From the IMG/VR virus record IMGVR_UViG_2541047920_000001: 47,511 nucleotides of DNA, one strand, 5' to 3'. Positions 1 through 9,083 of the stretch are shown here, in pieces. The position numbers and the translations under genes are program-made. The notes below the pieces were generated by a model. It saw only the letters and a program-made list of their open reading frames with translations, was not told the DNA's origin and ran no database searches. The DNA comes from a virus. Taxonomy: Duplodnaviria; Heunggongvirae; Uroviricota; Caudoviricetes. Within the stretch, counting starts at the first letter, position 1, and each line of letters begins with the position of its first letter.

Positions 1-1
1 A

Positions 2-1282
2 TTAATTTTTCATTGCTTCGTTATGGGGCATGGTTGGGGCAAACTCGCTTAACTGTGTATTTAACAAAGCTACCTGTGCATTATTGTTTTCAGACATCCA
101 TTTTCCGTATACCTGAAATACCATTTGCGCATCTGCATGGCCCATCTGGTTTGCTATAAATGCCGGGTTAGCACCAGCTGTCAGCGACCAGCAGGCATAA
201 GTATGTCTCGACTGATATGATTTTCGATGGCGGAGTCCGGCACGTTTTATCGCTGCGTCCCACATCTGCCTTATTGAGTCAACGGTAAAATGGTCACCAT
301 AATTTTTTACTCTCGCTGACACTTCAGGTTGAAAAACAAAGGTGCATTTTTGTTTTTCTGTTCTGCCATACTCTCTGAGGTGAACATCAATGATATGCTC
401 TTTGCTCAGTCTCGTTAATGTCATCTGACTCCGAAGAGCGTCGATTGCTGGCTTAATAAGATGAATGACCCGATTGGTTCCCGCCTGTGTTTTTGGTACC
501 GTGAAACGGTCTTTTGCTAAATTTCTCCTGATCATCATTGTTCCATTTTTCAGATCTATGTCCTCCCATCCAAGTGCACACAGCTCACCAGGGCGAACGC
601 CAGTATAAACAGAAACACACCATAAATTTTTTGCTTGCTGATTTCTGCACGCATCGATAAGACGGATAAATTCCTCCCGCGAAAGAGGATCCGGAATGGT
701 TCTTGATTCCTTTAATGGCGAGATCCCCTTAAACGGATTATCTGGCAGGTAACCGTTATCAACACCAAACTGGAACACGGCGTTAAGATTTGTCATGTAA
801 TTATTTACAGTTACAGCCGATCTCCCTGGTTGTGTAACAATATAGTTACTTTTGGGGATCTGGTATCCAGTCAGTAGCTCTTTACGAACCTCCAGTAATT
901 TTTCTTTATTAATCGATGAGGCAAGATTTTTTTCACCGATTATGCTCAGGATATTTTTGATGACGGCACGGTATGTGTTGAGTGATGTTTTGGCGACTTC
1001 AGTTTCTTTCAGTGCCAGAAATTTTTCAGCCAGTTCTTTTATGGTTAAATCTTGTCGGGCCTCACCAAATTTTTCCAGATTGCGTGAGGAGGGAAACTGT
1101 TTTGCATAGTCGAAAACACCAGTTTTTATTGCGTAACAAACAGAGGCGCGTAGTTCACCTGCAACGCGCCTGTTTTTTGCTGTGTCAGGAACCCCCAGAT
1201 TTTCCCTGACTCTTACGCCTTTATAAACAAACCAGATACGTAATTTCCCTCCATGGTTTTCCACGCCTGTCGGATATTTCAT
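2..1282 (-). CDS. Phage integrase, tyrosine recombinase family
   Basis: 431-aa ORF 2..1297 on minus strand; start set at second Met (MKYPTG) which has an AGAGAGG RBS. Sits at the prophage end next to an excisionase-like gene, with the tyrosine-recombinase C-terminal catalytic region (…RHTYACW…). Stop codon is at positions 2-4, so the gene is complete. Confidence 0.85.
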   Translation of the reverse strand: MKYPTGVENHGGKLRIWFVYKGVRVRENLGVPDTAKNRRVAGELRASVCYAIKTGVFDYAKQFPSSRNLEKFGEARQDLTIKELAEKFLALKETEVAKTSLNTYRAVIKNILSIIGEKNLASSINKEKLLEVRKELLTGYQIPKSNYIVTQPGRSAVTVNNYMTNLNAVFQFGVDNGYLPDNPFKGISPLKESRTIPDPLSREEFIRLIDACRNQQAKNLWCVSVYTGVRPGELCALGWEDIDLKNGTMMIRRNLAKDRFTVPKTQAGTNRVIHLIKPAIDALRSQMTLTRLSKEHIIDVHLREYGRTEKQKCTFVFQPEVSARVKNYGDHFTVDSIRQMWDAAIKRAGLRHRKSYQSRHTYACWSLTAGANPAFIANQMGHADAQMVFQVYGKWMSENNNAQVALLNTQLSEFAPTMPHNEAMKN

Positions 1283-1316
1283 TTCAACCTCTCTCATTAG
1301 TTAGTGTGGCTTTTAG

Positions 1317-1568
1317 TCAAGTAAGATGACGTCTTGGTCTCGCTGATGCCTGGCGCTCAATCCAGCGATCAATTTCTTCCAGGTTGTAAAAGCATGGACT
1401 GTTATCCCATGGCATACCGTCATGAGCGACATGCTTATATTCCCTTCCTTCCATAAACGATTTTTCCCGGGCCTTTTTTAACGTACCTTTTTTTATTCCT
1501 TTCAGCGCAATTAACTGCTCTTCGGATACCCATTTGCCGGGAGAGACAATCATGATTACTTCGCTCAT
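1317..1568 (-). CDS. Excisionase-like small protein (Xis-like)
   Basis: 83-aa ORF immediately upstream of int on the same strand, basic C-terminus; position and size typical of lambdoid xis. Confidence 0.55.
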   Translation of the reverse strand: MSEVIMIVSPGKWVSEEQLIALKGIKKGTLKKAREKSFMEGREYKHVAHDGMPWDNSPCFYNLEEIDRWIERQASARPRRHLT

Positions 1569-1640
1569 CGATTTCTTTATCTCTTACATCAGACGAGCGC
1601 CGGTTGCAGAATACCAGTCACAACCGGCGACAGTTGAACA

Positions 1641-4112
1641 TTAAGAATCAGCCTGACTCGGGATCAGTTTTTGCCAGATAACTGAAACGTATTTTGCCTG
1701 GTAACGGGCGTCATCAAGTGCATTATGCCGCTCACCTTCGAATGGAATAGCCGTTCTGGCATCGAAGTCTATGGCTTTCCCCAGCTCAACGATTGTGCGT
1801 ACATCGCGATCGTTGTAGTAACGCCACGGGCAGGGGATCCCCTGCCGTTCGTATGAACGGCGCAAAATCGTGTTGTCGAAGTTGGCTCCATTTCCCCAGA
1901 CCTGAACAAAAAATTCACCGGAGTTTTCGTCGATAAATTCCCGCAATTGTAACAGTGCATCATCTAACGGGATTTCATCGGTCATAATGGCAGACTGCGC
2001 TTCACGTGATTGCTTCAGCCACCATTTAATGACGTCACGATCAATGACTCCGCCAGCAGTATTCAGATCTATGGTCTTGCTAAATTCCGGTCCCATATCT
2101 CCGGTTTGTGGATCGAAAAATATTGCGCCTATTGAGATAATCGGGGCATCAGGATTTTTTCCCATGGTTTCAAGGTCGATCATTAGATGGTCACACGTCC
2201 TGCTGGTGGATGTGATAACGTGATGACCGTTCACCGTAATTAAGGGATCTGCCGTCTCGCCAGTTTCACTATCGCTGGCGTGGTCCTGAGCGCTGCCAGC
2301 ATTCTCCTTGTGTGGATGTTCAGCGCCTTCCATTTTCTCCGAATCGTCTTCCTGAACTTCAACCTGGTTCTTGTCATCGAATGTTTCCTGGTATGTTGCG
2401 TCGCCCATCACCGCACCACATTCAGGGCAGTTGCCGCCGCCGGTCTGACCGCAGGCGGTGCAGATTTTTTCCGCTTCCTGTTGCGCTACTGGCTCAGGTT
2501 GTTTCGTTTCTGGCTCGTTTTGTAACGCATTTGGGCTGTTTTGTTCCGCTTTCTGGTCGTTCTGTTCCGTTTCTTGCTCGTTCTGGTTCACTGAATCGCG
2601 GGTTTCAATCCCCTTCACCCATTTCGGATCATTCGGATCGCTAATCCCTGCAACAAATTCACCACGTGATACAGCAAGCAACTGATTGGCGTCAGGCTGG
2701 CTGATATTGGCTGCCTGCATAATTTTGTTTACTTCGTCAGCGGTAATTTTTACCGGCTCTGGTTGTGCGGTCGTGTCAGATGCACCAGTATTTTGTTGTG
2801 AACCTGAGTATGTACCGTTTTTGCGGGCGAAATATTCTTCTTTCGTGATTTCAGTAGCCCCGGCAGCCAGCGCCTTATCCAGACCAGAAAGTTTGTTTGC
2901 GCGACCGTATTTTTCGCCATCCTTGTCGGTAAAGAGGAAGTAGAACGGCCCCTCACGCTCTACAGATGGTTCGACTTCCACTTTGCATTCAGTTTTTTCG
3001 TTGCCCGGAATTGCCGTTTCCACTGCATCAGTTTCTGGTACTGGCGACGAGAGAGTATCAGTTGCGCTCTGATTTGTTCCTTCATCTTCAAACACGCCCT
3101 TTGTAGTCAGGTATTTAGTAATGTATTTGTTCAGTGCCACAGGGTCTTTGTGAATGTCGATCGGACGTTCACGGACAAGGCCAAAAATAGTCTGGCGGTC
3201 GTAGCGAAGGGCATCAGGCTGTTTGCGCATTGATGCCGAGATACGCTTCCAGTCTTCGCGGTCGTTGTCGATAACTTCATTTTTTGCCCAGCGATGGATG
3301 CTGCCGTCAATGTTTCCGGCATCCACATCACCAGGCCAGAGAGCGTAGGCCAGTTCGTCATCCAGTGTTTTCCATGTCTGCTTGTATTCGCGATGAGTGG
3401 CAGCAATGACCGGGTTGATTTTTCCTGTTGAATTTTCAGTGTGCTGTTGATTGGCTCTGGCGCGGGCGAGATCAACAACAGACGTGTATTTTCCGGTTTC
3501 CTTGCGTTCATTTTCGCGACGTTTTTTCCAGATGCGCATCTCTGCCTGAATTTCGGGCCATTTAGCTCCAGGATTACATTTATGTTTAACCCACCCGATG
3601 GCATGCAGCTTAAGCTCCGGATACATGGCGTTAACTTCTGGCATTTTCATCAACGCTTCAACGATATGTCCGTCGAATGTTGCCATGTCTTCCTGCAACA
3701 ATTCCTGCGCGCTAATCACCATATCAACGGTGATGTTTTCACATGTGTCGAACTTAACCATGACAGCGTTCTGTACTTCAGGGGCCAGCTTGTCAAAAGT
3801 GACGTTCATCGGATCTGATTCAGTCTCAACCGGGACAAAGGAAGCAGACTCCTCATCCCAGCGGTTTTCCTGCATATATTCAGCATCCCAGGAATCGAGG
3901 GCAGGGCGGGGTATACCGGGTTTATCCTCGCAAACAAGAAATTTATAAGCGCAGTCCTGAGCAACCGGATAATGTTCCAGGAATTGCCAGTGAAATTTTG
4001 CGCGGGCGCGACGTTCATCACCGGCTTCAATGGCAGTGGCTACAGCGATTGCACCTTCTTCCTTTATTGCCTGTTCGTCCGGAATGGCGGCGCAAATAAA
4101 GACTTTACTCAT
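1641..4112 (-). CDS. Large early-region protein with C-terminal DEDDh (DnaQ/RNase T-like) 3'-5' exonuclease domain; YdfE-like
   Basis: 823-aa ORF. C-terminal about 180 aa carry exonuclease motifs (…IDLETMG…, …HNALDDARY…); central CxxC…CPxC zinc-ribbon-like motif; acidic Q/E-rich repeat region. Confidence 0.7.
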   Translation of the reverse strand: MSKVFICAAIPDEQAIKEEGAIAVATAIEAGDERRARAKFHWQFLEHYPVAQDCAYKFLVCEDKPGIPRPALDSWDAEYMQENRWDEESASFVPVETESDPMNVTFDKLAPEVQNAVMVKFDTCENITVDMVISAQELLQEDMATFDGHIVEALMKMPEVNAMYPELKLHAIGWVKHKCNPGAKWPEIQAEMRIWKKRRENERKETGKYTSVVDLARARANQQHTENSTGKINPVIAATHREYKQTWKTLDDELAYALWPGDVDAGNIDGSIHRWAKNEVIDNDREDWKRISASMRKQPDALRYDRQTIFGLVRERPIDIHKDPVALNKYITKYLTTKGVFEDEGTNQSATDTLSSPVPETDAVETAIPGNEKTECKVEVEPSVEREGPFYFLFTDKDGEKYGRANKLSGLDKALAAGATEITKEEYFARKNGTYSGSQQNTGASDTTAQPEPVKITADEVNKIMQAANISQPDANQLLAVSRGEFVAGISDPNDPKWVKGIETRDSVNQNEQETEQNDQKAEQNSPNALQNEPETKQPEPVAQQEAEKICTACGQTGGGNCPECGAVMGDATYQETFDDKNQVEVQEDDSEKMEGAEHPHKENAGSAQDHASDSETGETADPLITVNGHHVITSTSRTCDHLMIDLETMGKNPDAPIISIGAIFFDPQTGDMGPEFSKTIDLNTAGGVIDRDVIKWWLKQSREAQSAIMTDEIPLDDALLQLREFIDENSGEFFVQVWGNGANFDNTILRRSYERQGIPCPWRYYNDRDVRTIVELGKAIDFDARTAIPFEGERHNALDDARYQAKYVSVIWQKLIPSQADS

Positions 4113-4205
4113 TTTGTTTTAACCTCATGACAGATTTAAGGGTGAACAAATCCCTGCCATTGCTGGCATATAAGAATGAAATCGGATGTTTATTACGGAA
4201 CTGTT

Positions 4206-4397
4206 TTAAAGACCTGCCGGGATTTCGTTATTATCCTGGTGAATAACTTTATCGACAGGGTAACAGTTACCGGGAATTTTCTGTTCGGTTGCTGCAGTCA
4301 CACACTCCTGCATTGTCCTGTGAACACTGACTGCAATATCAACTGGTTCTCCGGAAACAAGAAAAACTGTCAGAACAAGTGCAAATGCTGTATTCAT
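4206..4397 (-). CDS. ydfD: YdfD-like small membrane (lysis) protein
   Basis: 63-aa product MNTAFALVLTVFLVSGEP… with hydrophobic N-terminus; start overlaps dicB stop (ATGA); matches my recollection of Qin YdfD. Confidence 0.6.
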   Translation of the reverse strand: MNTAFALVLTVFLVSGEPVDIAVSVHRTMQECVTAATEQKIPGNCYPVDKVIHQDNNEIPAGL

Positions 4398-4582
4398 TGC
4401 CAGCATCCTTTTTGTATCGGACGTAAACGGGCCAGCATTGAAAGAATGCATACTTTATTTAATAGCTCCCGTTCTTGTTTTCTCTTGTTAATGGCATCTT
4501 CAGTAAATACTGGGTTACTGATAGTGACACCAATTTCAAAACAACCTTCAGACGTATTAACGTTTGGTAATAACGTTTTCAT
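4394..4582 (-). CDS. dicB: DicB-like cell-division inhibitor
   Basis: 62-aa product MKTLLPNVNTSEGCFEIGVTISNPVFTEDAINKRKQERELL… recognised as DicB of the Qin/Kim prophage; lies just downstream of a DicF-like sRNA. Confidence 0.75.
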   Translation of the reverse strand: MKTLLPNVNTSEGCFEIGVTISNPVFTEDAINKRKQERELLNKVCILSMLARLRPIQKGCWQ

Positions 4583-4751
4583 TATCGCGTCCTCAACAAT
4601 GAATTTTGTGATGCAGTGCCTGGTGCCTCCAGGTGACGTTAACCAGTTAACAATTAACGTCGGATACAGAGAATCCACCCATAACACTGTTTTTGGTTTT
4701 AACTGTTCCGCGTGCGCTCAGCCGCATTCACCGCATCACAAAATTCACTTT

Positions 4752-4809
4752 AAAAACGGCGGCAGAGCAGTCACGGAGTAAAACTGATACCGCCAAACGT
4801 CACCAGAAA
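4752..4809 (-). ncRNA. dicF: DicF-like small regulatory RNA
   Basis: Minus-strand sequence UUUCUGGUGACGUUUGGCGGUAUCAGUUUUACUCCGUGACUGCUCUGCCGCC followed by a U-tract matches the DicF sRNA as I remember it; located between ydfA/B/C-like genes and dicB as in K-12. Confidence 0.7.
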
Positions 4810-5068
4810 ATTGATAACAGAGGGCGTTGCAGCGGGGTTGTCACTTAAGCGTATGGTCAACCTGACAACCCGGTGTCCTCAACGGGGAAGGAATAACCCC
4901 GCCATACTTACCGCCGCGCCATTTTGCGGGTTGCCACAACCGGAAGCGCACGGTCGAATTAAATTTAACGACACCGTACAGTGAGACGAACTTCGCCGTG
5001 CGCTTTCGTGTTGTGTGCCTGCTTTTAACCACGTCAGGCGAGGTGGTATCCTTAAAATCACCACAGTT

Positions 5069-5644
5069 TTAAGGATTCATTAAGCAATGTCGCAACCACC
5101 AATAAATCCGCTTAAGAACATGAAAATTGATTACTGGTATAAAGCGCTTACAGTTGTTGGCGCTGCGTTGTTTGTCTTTAATGGAACGTCTTTTTTTGAC
5201 AGATATCCCGTTGTTCCATTGGGTTTTTTGTCCTCCGGCATCTTTTTTATTGGTTTGGGGGAGTGGATTAATCACCCTCTCAAAGTGAGATTTATTGGTC
5301 CTGGAGTTTGGACTCGTGGATATAATCGTTCTTCGTGCGCACTCGGTATCATCTTCGACATACTTGGTTGTTTCCTGATTGTTACAGGAGTCGTCAAGTT
5401 CTTCTGATGTAAAACCGCAAATGGGGCACGTAACGGGAATTTTGAAAAGCGTTTCTCCGGGTTCCAGAACAAAATTTTCTGCGGTCTGATTTTGCTTCTC
5501 ATATTTGTGCTCCGCGTCATTGTGAGAGCACATTCTTATTCTGAGTGCCTGTTTAAACTCACTGAAGCTGAGAGCTTCTTCGCCTTCGGCAAGGCCTTCG
5601 AAGTATTCTTCGTAAGCCTTTTCCATGATTGTGTCGAAATCCAT
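5069..5644 (-). CDS. YdfB/YdfC-like early protein (extent uncertain)
   Basis: Start MDFDTIMEKAYEEYFEG… with CPICGF zinc-ribbon-like motif; N-terminal about 90 aa look protein-like, the C-terminal K/R/N-rich tail may be read-through; overlaps a plus-strand hydrophobic ORF. Confidence 0.4.
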   Translation of the reverse strand: MDFDTIMEKAYEEYFEGLAEGEEALSFSEFKQALRIRMCSHNDAEHKYEKQNQTAENFVLEPGETLFKIPVTCPICGFTSEELDDSCNNQETTKYVEDDTECARRTIISTSPNSRTNKSHFERVINPLPQTNKKDAGGQKTQWNNGISVKKRRSIKDKQRSANNCKRFIPVINFHVLKRIYWWLRHCLMNP

Positions 5645-5645
5645 A

Positions 5646-5801
5646 TCACTCACCTGAGTTTCTTTCCAGCCAGCGACGGGCACCATTTTCGGTTTTAAAC
5701 GTTTTGCTTTTGGTATACGTCATCGCGGTGAACGTGCCGTCCTGGTTGGGAAACACGCCGTACACCAGAGATTCGCTGTTGCCAAGATCGATAGTATCCA
5801 T
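5646..5801 (-). CDS. ydfA: YdfA-like small protein
   Basis: 51-aa product MDTIDLGNSESLVYGVFPNQDGTFTAMTYTKSKTFKTENGARRWLERNSGE; first gene downstream of the repressor gene on the minus strand. Confidence 0.55.
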   Translation of the reverse strand: MDTIDLGNSESLVYGVFPNQDGTFTAMTYTKSKTFKTENGARRWLERNSGE

Positions 5802-6093
5802 GCTGACCTCATTTCCCCTTAACGCCGGGGTAGCGGAACAAAAACCTGCTGCATAGTTATTAAAGTTGAACCCTGCCGTCATGTTCTTACGCCTCGGGCT
5901 GGCTACTTAACCCCTGACCACTGCCTGGTAACTCGAAGTATTGCCCTGCATTCTGTGGGGCGGGGTGAGAGAATGAATGAAGTTTAGAAAAATGAACATT
6001 TAAGGTCAATGTTTTTTTATCAAAACATTTTAAGCAGGCAGCTGTTACGCCATCACTACGATGGCATACAGTTAATCAAATAGATGAGGTTGG

Positions 6094-6732
6094 TTAAATA
6101 TCTTGTTGAATTTTAAAGCATACTCCCAATATGCAAGATAGATCATCCAGCATAATTGAAGGGTAGCGAGGATTCGTGGGGACTAAAAGAATATCCGGCC
6201 CTTCTATCTCCAGTTTGCGAATGACAGGCGTTGTGGTCCCTTTGGGTAAGGCAAGGACAATATTTCCTGGTTGTACGATTCGATCGGGATCAACAAAAAC
6301 TGTTGAACCATTTGGGATGGAAACTCCACCACCAGATGTCGACATACTGTCACTCTCTAGAACAACAGCAAAGGTATTGGCCGGGATTTCTCCGACAAGC
6401 TGCACACAAGAGGTTATTGAGGAATTTTTCATATAATCACTCCAGCTTGCTGCCTGCTGAAGTGATAGTAGCGGAACCGTTTTTATCGGCGGTAAAGATA
6501 GATCAAGCGAATCACCTGTATTTAACTCTCCTCCATTAAGAAGCCAATTTTCGTTTACTTTCAATATCTTTGCCAGTGAGCTTATGTAACGCGAGGACGG
6601 CGCTCCTCCACCGTTCATCCATTGACTTACGGAGCCTTTTGATGCGCCAGTGGCATTGACAAGGTCTTTGCCTTTCAAGTTTAGCGCATGCATACGTTGG
6701 GTTATGCGTTCAGATATTGTTTGCTTGTTCAT
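6094..6732 (-). CDS. CI-like prophage repressor (HTH domain + LexA/S24-type autopeptidase domain)
   Basis: 212 aa; N-terminal HTH (…LKGKDLVNATGASKGSVSQWMNG…), C-terminal S24-like segment; divergent from a cro-like gene. Confidence 0.85.
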   Translation of the reverse strand: MNKQTISERITQRMHALNLKGKDLVNATGASKGSVSQWMNGGGAPSSRYISSLAKILKVNENWLLNGGELNTGDSLDLSLPPIKTVPLLSLQQAASWSDYMKNSSITSCVQLVGEIPANTFAVVLESDSMSTSGGGVSIPNGSTVFVDPDRIVQPGNIVLALPKGTTTPVIRKLEIEGPDILLVPTNPRYPSIMLDDLSCILGVCFKIQQDI

Positions 6733-6794
6733 GTTTTGATTTTAAAACACAGATGGTTTTGTTTCTTGACTTTCTTTGGTTTTGATTATTAAAC
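6733..6794. promoter_or_regulatory. Divergent promoter/operator region with two similar 16-bp operator-like sites
   Basis: GTTTTGATTTTAAAAC (6733-6748) and GTTTTGATTATTAAAC (6779-6794) share a GTTTT…AAAC inverted-repeat frame; TTGACT -35-like hexamer at 6765-6770 for rightward transcription. Confidence 0.4.
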
Positions 6795-6823
6795 TTTTGG
6801 CGTTCAGTTTTATGGAGCGAATC

Positions 6824-7066
6824 ATGAAAAAATCAGAAGTATTAGGCTATTTTGGCGGAGTTGTTAAAACAGCCGCCGCTCTAGGAACGTCAAAAACCAC
6901 AGTCAGCATGTGGGGGGAAGACGTTCCGTGGAAATGGGCGTTGCTAATTCAGGCAGTCACTGCCGGGGCGCTCAAATATGAGTTACACATACCGACGGTT
7001 GTCATTCCCGGTTCTGATCATAATCCGCCTTCTAACCAAGGGGGGATTCATGAAAATCAAGCATGA
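6824..7066 (+). CDS. Cro-like / YdaS-like small HTH regulator
   Basis: 80 aa from ATG at 6824 (GGAG RBS); divergent from repressor; small protein typical of lambdoid cro position. Confidence 0.6.
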   Translation: MKKSEVLGYFGGVVKTAAALGTSKTTVSMWGEDVPWKWALLIQAVTAGALKYELHIPTVVIPGSDHNPPSNQGGIHENQA

Positions 7067-7475
7067 ACACATCCGCATGGCGATGAATGCCTGGGCACGT
7101 CCTGATGGCGAAAAAGTTCCGGCAGCTGGAATAACCCAGGCTTATTTTGAGTTGGGTATGACGTTTCCTAAACTGTACGACGACAGCCATCCGGAAGCCC
7201 TGGCTCGCAATACCCAGAAAATTTTCCGCTGGATAGAGAAAGACACCCCTGATGCAGTTGAAAAAATTCAGGCGTTGTTACCAGCGATCGAAAAGGCAAT
7301 GCCACCTTTGCTGGTGGCCAGAATGCGCAGCCACAGTTCAGCTTATTTTCGGGAGCTGGTGGAGACGCGGGAGCGACTGGTGAGAGACGCTGATGATTTT
7401 GTCGCAGTGGCAATCGCCGGTTTCAATCAGATGAACCGTGGTGGCCCGGCTGGAAATGCTGTGGCAGTACATTGA
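7050..7475 (+). CDS. CII-like / YdaT-like regulatory protein
   Basis: 141 aa (MKIKHEHIRMAMNAWARPDGEKV…) in the cII position between cro-like and replication genes. Confidence 0.5.
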   Translation: MKIKHEHIRMAMNAWARPDGEKVPAAGITQAYFELGMTFPKLYDDSHPEALARNTQKIFRWIEKDTPDAVEKIQALLPAIEKAMPPLLVARMRSHSSAYFRELVETRERLVRDADDFVAVAIAGFNQMNRGGPAGNAVAVH

Positions 7476-7546
7476 CTGACAATAGCCATATCGAATCGCT
7501 TCCGGCAACTCGTGAGTAAAAAGATTCGGTATCAGAAGAGGTGAGT

Positions 7547-8617
7547 ATGGCTAACGCCTGGCTCAGATTATGGCATGACATGCCAAATGACCCTAAGTGG
7601 CGAACAATTGCCAGGGTGTCAGGGCAGCCAATTGCAACAGTGATGGCAGTGTATATCCACCTCCTGGTGAGCGCGTCACGAAATGTCACGCGAGGTCACA
7701 TTGATGTCACGACAGAAGATTTGGCAAGTGCGCTCGACGTGACAGAAGAGGTAATTGATTCAATTTTGCAGACGATGCAGGGGCGGGTACTTGATGGTGA
7801 TTTAATCACTGGATGGGAAAAACGCCAGGTGCTGAAAGAGGACAACGGTAATATTTCGCAAACCGCAAAATCTCCGGCAGAGCGCAAGAGGGCGCAGCGA
7901 GAGAGGGAAAGAAAGCGGGAACAAAATGGCGATTGTCACGGCGAGTCACGAAATGTCACGCACATGTCACGACGAGTCACGACAGATAAAGATACAGATA
8001 AAGATACAGATCAAGAAGATCAAAACACTATGGTCCATGGCGTAAAAAACGCCGCGAACCAGGCAGGGGATGTTCAGACCGTCAATCTTGGTCAGCCAGC
8101 AGGCACGACACCGGAAGCCGATTCAGCGTATGCGCTGAAAGCCGATTCGGGCGCTGTGCAGCAGGTGATGACCGCAAGGCAGGAGCAATCACACCAACTT
8201 CAGCAGCCTGAAGCCGATTCCGCCATTCAGCGGGAAGCCGATCGGGTAGTCCCGGAAAACACCGGGCAGCCTGTGGGACGAGTGGATTATCCTGATGTGT
8301 TCGAACAGGTCTGGCGGGAATACCCGTTGCGTGCCGGGGCAAGCCCGAAGAAATCCGCTTTCAGTGCCTGGAAGGCCAGATTACGCGAGGGGGTGCCACC
8401 AGAGGCCATGCTGGATGGCGTGAGGCGTTACGCAAGATACCTGGCGGCTACCGGGAAAACGGGAACGGAATTTGTTCAGCGAGCGACGACGTTTTTTGGA
8501 CCGGACCGGAATTTTGAAAACCCCTGGTTGCTCCCGGTAAGCGGTACGAACAACCAGCGTTGTGTGAATCATATTTCTGAACCGGATACCGAAATTCCAC
8601 CGGGCTTCAGGGGGTAA
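7547..8617 (+). CDS. Replication initiation protein (lambda O-like position) carrying internal origin iterons
   Basis: 356 aa; N-terminus …WLRLWHDMPNDPKWRTIARVSG…; GTCAC(G) iteron clusters lie within its coding sequence. Confidence 0.65.
   Translation: MANAWLRLWHDMPNDPKWRTIARVSGQPIATVMAVYIHLLVSASRNVTRGHIDVTTEDLASALDVTEEVIDSILQTMQGRVLDGDLITGWEKRQVLKEDNGNISQTAKSPAERKRAQRERERKREQNGDCHGESRNVTHMSRRVTTDKDTDKDTDQEDQNTMVHGVKNAANQAGDVQTVNLGQPAGTTPEADSAYALKADSGAVQQVMTARQEQSHQLQQPEADSAIQREADRVVPENTGQPVGRVDYPDVFEQVWREYPLRAGASPKKSAFSAWKARLREGVPPEAMLDGVRRYARYLAATGKTGTEFVQRATTFFGPDRNFENPWLLPVSGTNNQRCVNHISEPDTEIPPGFRG
7672..8012 (+). repeat. Putative replication origin: two GTCACG iteron clusters plus adjacent GATAAAGATACAGA direct repeat
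   Basis: GTCAC(G/A) at 7675, 7685, 7695, 7706 and at 7935, 7945, 7955, 7966, 7976 with about 10-11 bp phasing; 17-mer GTCACGAAATGTCACGC occurs twice; followed by gataaagatacagataaagatacaga (7983-8012). Confidence 0.5.
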
Positions 8618-8657
8618 GTGTGTATTTCAGGTCATGAGGTAATTTTCAGGAGGACTT

Positions 8658-9083
8658 GTGGCAAAAGTTTTTACACAAGAAGAGCGAGAAAAAATTAAGG
8701 GGCTGGTTGTTGAACTTGTACGTCTGAGTGGTCGCGAGACGTTACGGGCTCTGGAGGCTAAAACCGGTGCATCAAGGTATTACATAAGCACTCTCGCCAG
8801 AGAGCTGGTTGCCAGCGGCGATGTATACAACTCTGGTTACGGATTATTCCCGTCTGAACAGGCTCGTAAGGACTGGCAAAATGCCCGCAAAAAACTCTCA
8901 AGGGCAAAGCTGAAGAAAAAAACATCTGTGGTTGATCCGGACCTTATCTGGTCATTACCTGACGGAGAAATACGTCGCTACGACAGTCGTCTAAACATAA
9001 TCTGTCGCGAGTGCCGGAAGAGCGAAGTTATGCAGCGTGTTCTGACGTTTTATCAGGGGAATTATCGGGAGGTGATGCTGTGA
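8658..9083 (+). CDS. Hypothetical protein, possible HTH-containing nin-region protein
   Basis: 141-aa ORF with GTG start after AGGAGGA RBS; basic K/R-rich segment. Confidence 0.5.
   Translation: MAKVFTQEEREKIKGLVVELVRLSGRETLRALEAKTGASRYYISTLARELVASGDVYNSGYGLFPSEQARKDWQNARKKLSRAKLKKKTSVVDPDLIWSLPDGEIRRYDSRLNIICRECRKSEVMQRVLTFYQGNYREVML

Noticed and set aside
4176-4781. 201-aa plus-strand ORF
   Set aside because: Lies antisense to ydfD, dicB and the DicF region, is Cys/Asn-rich with no RBS or motif; most likely a shadow ORF.
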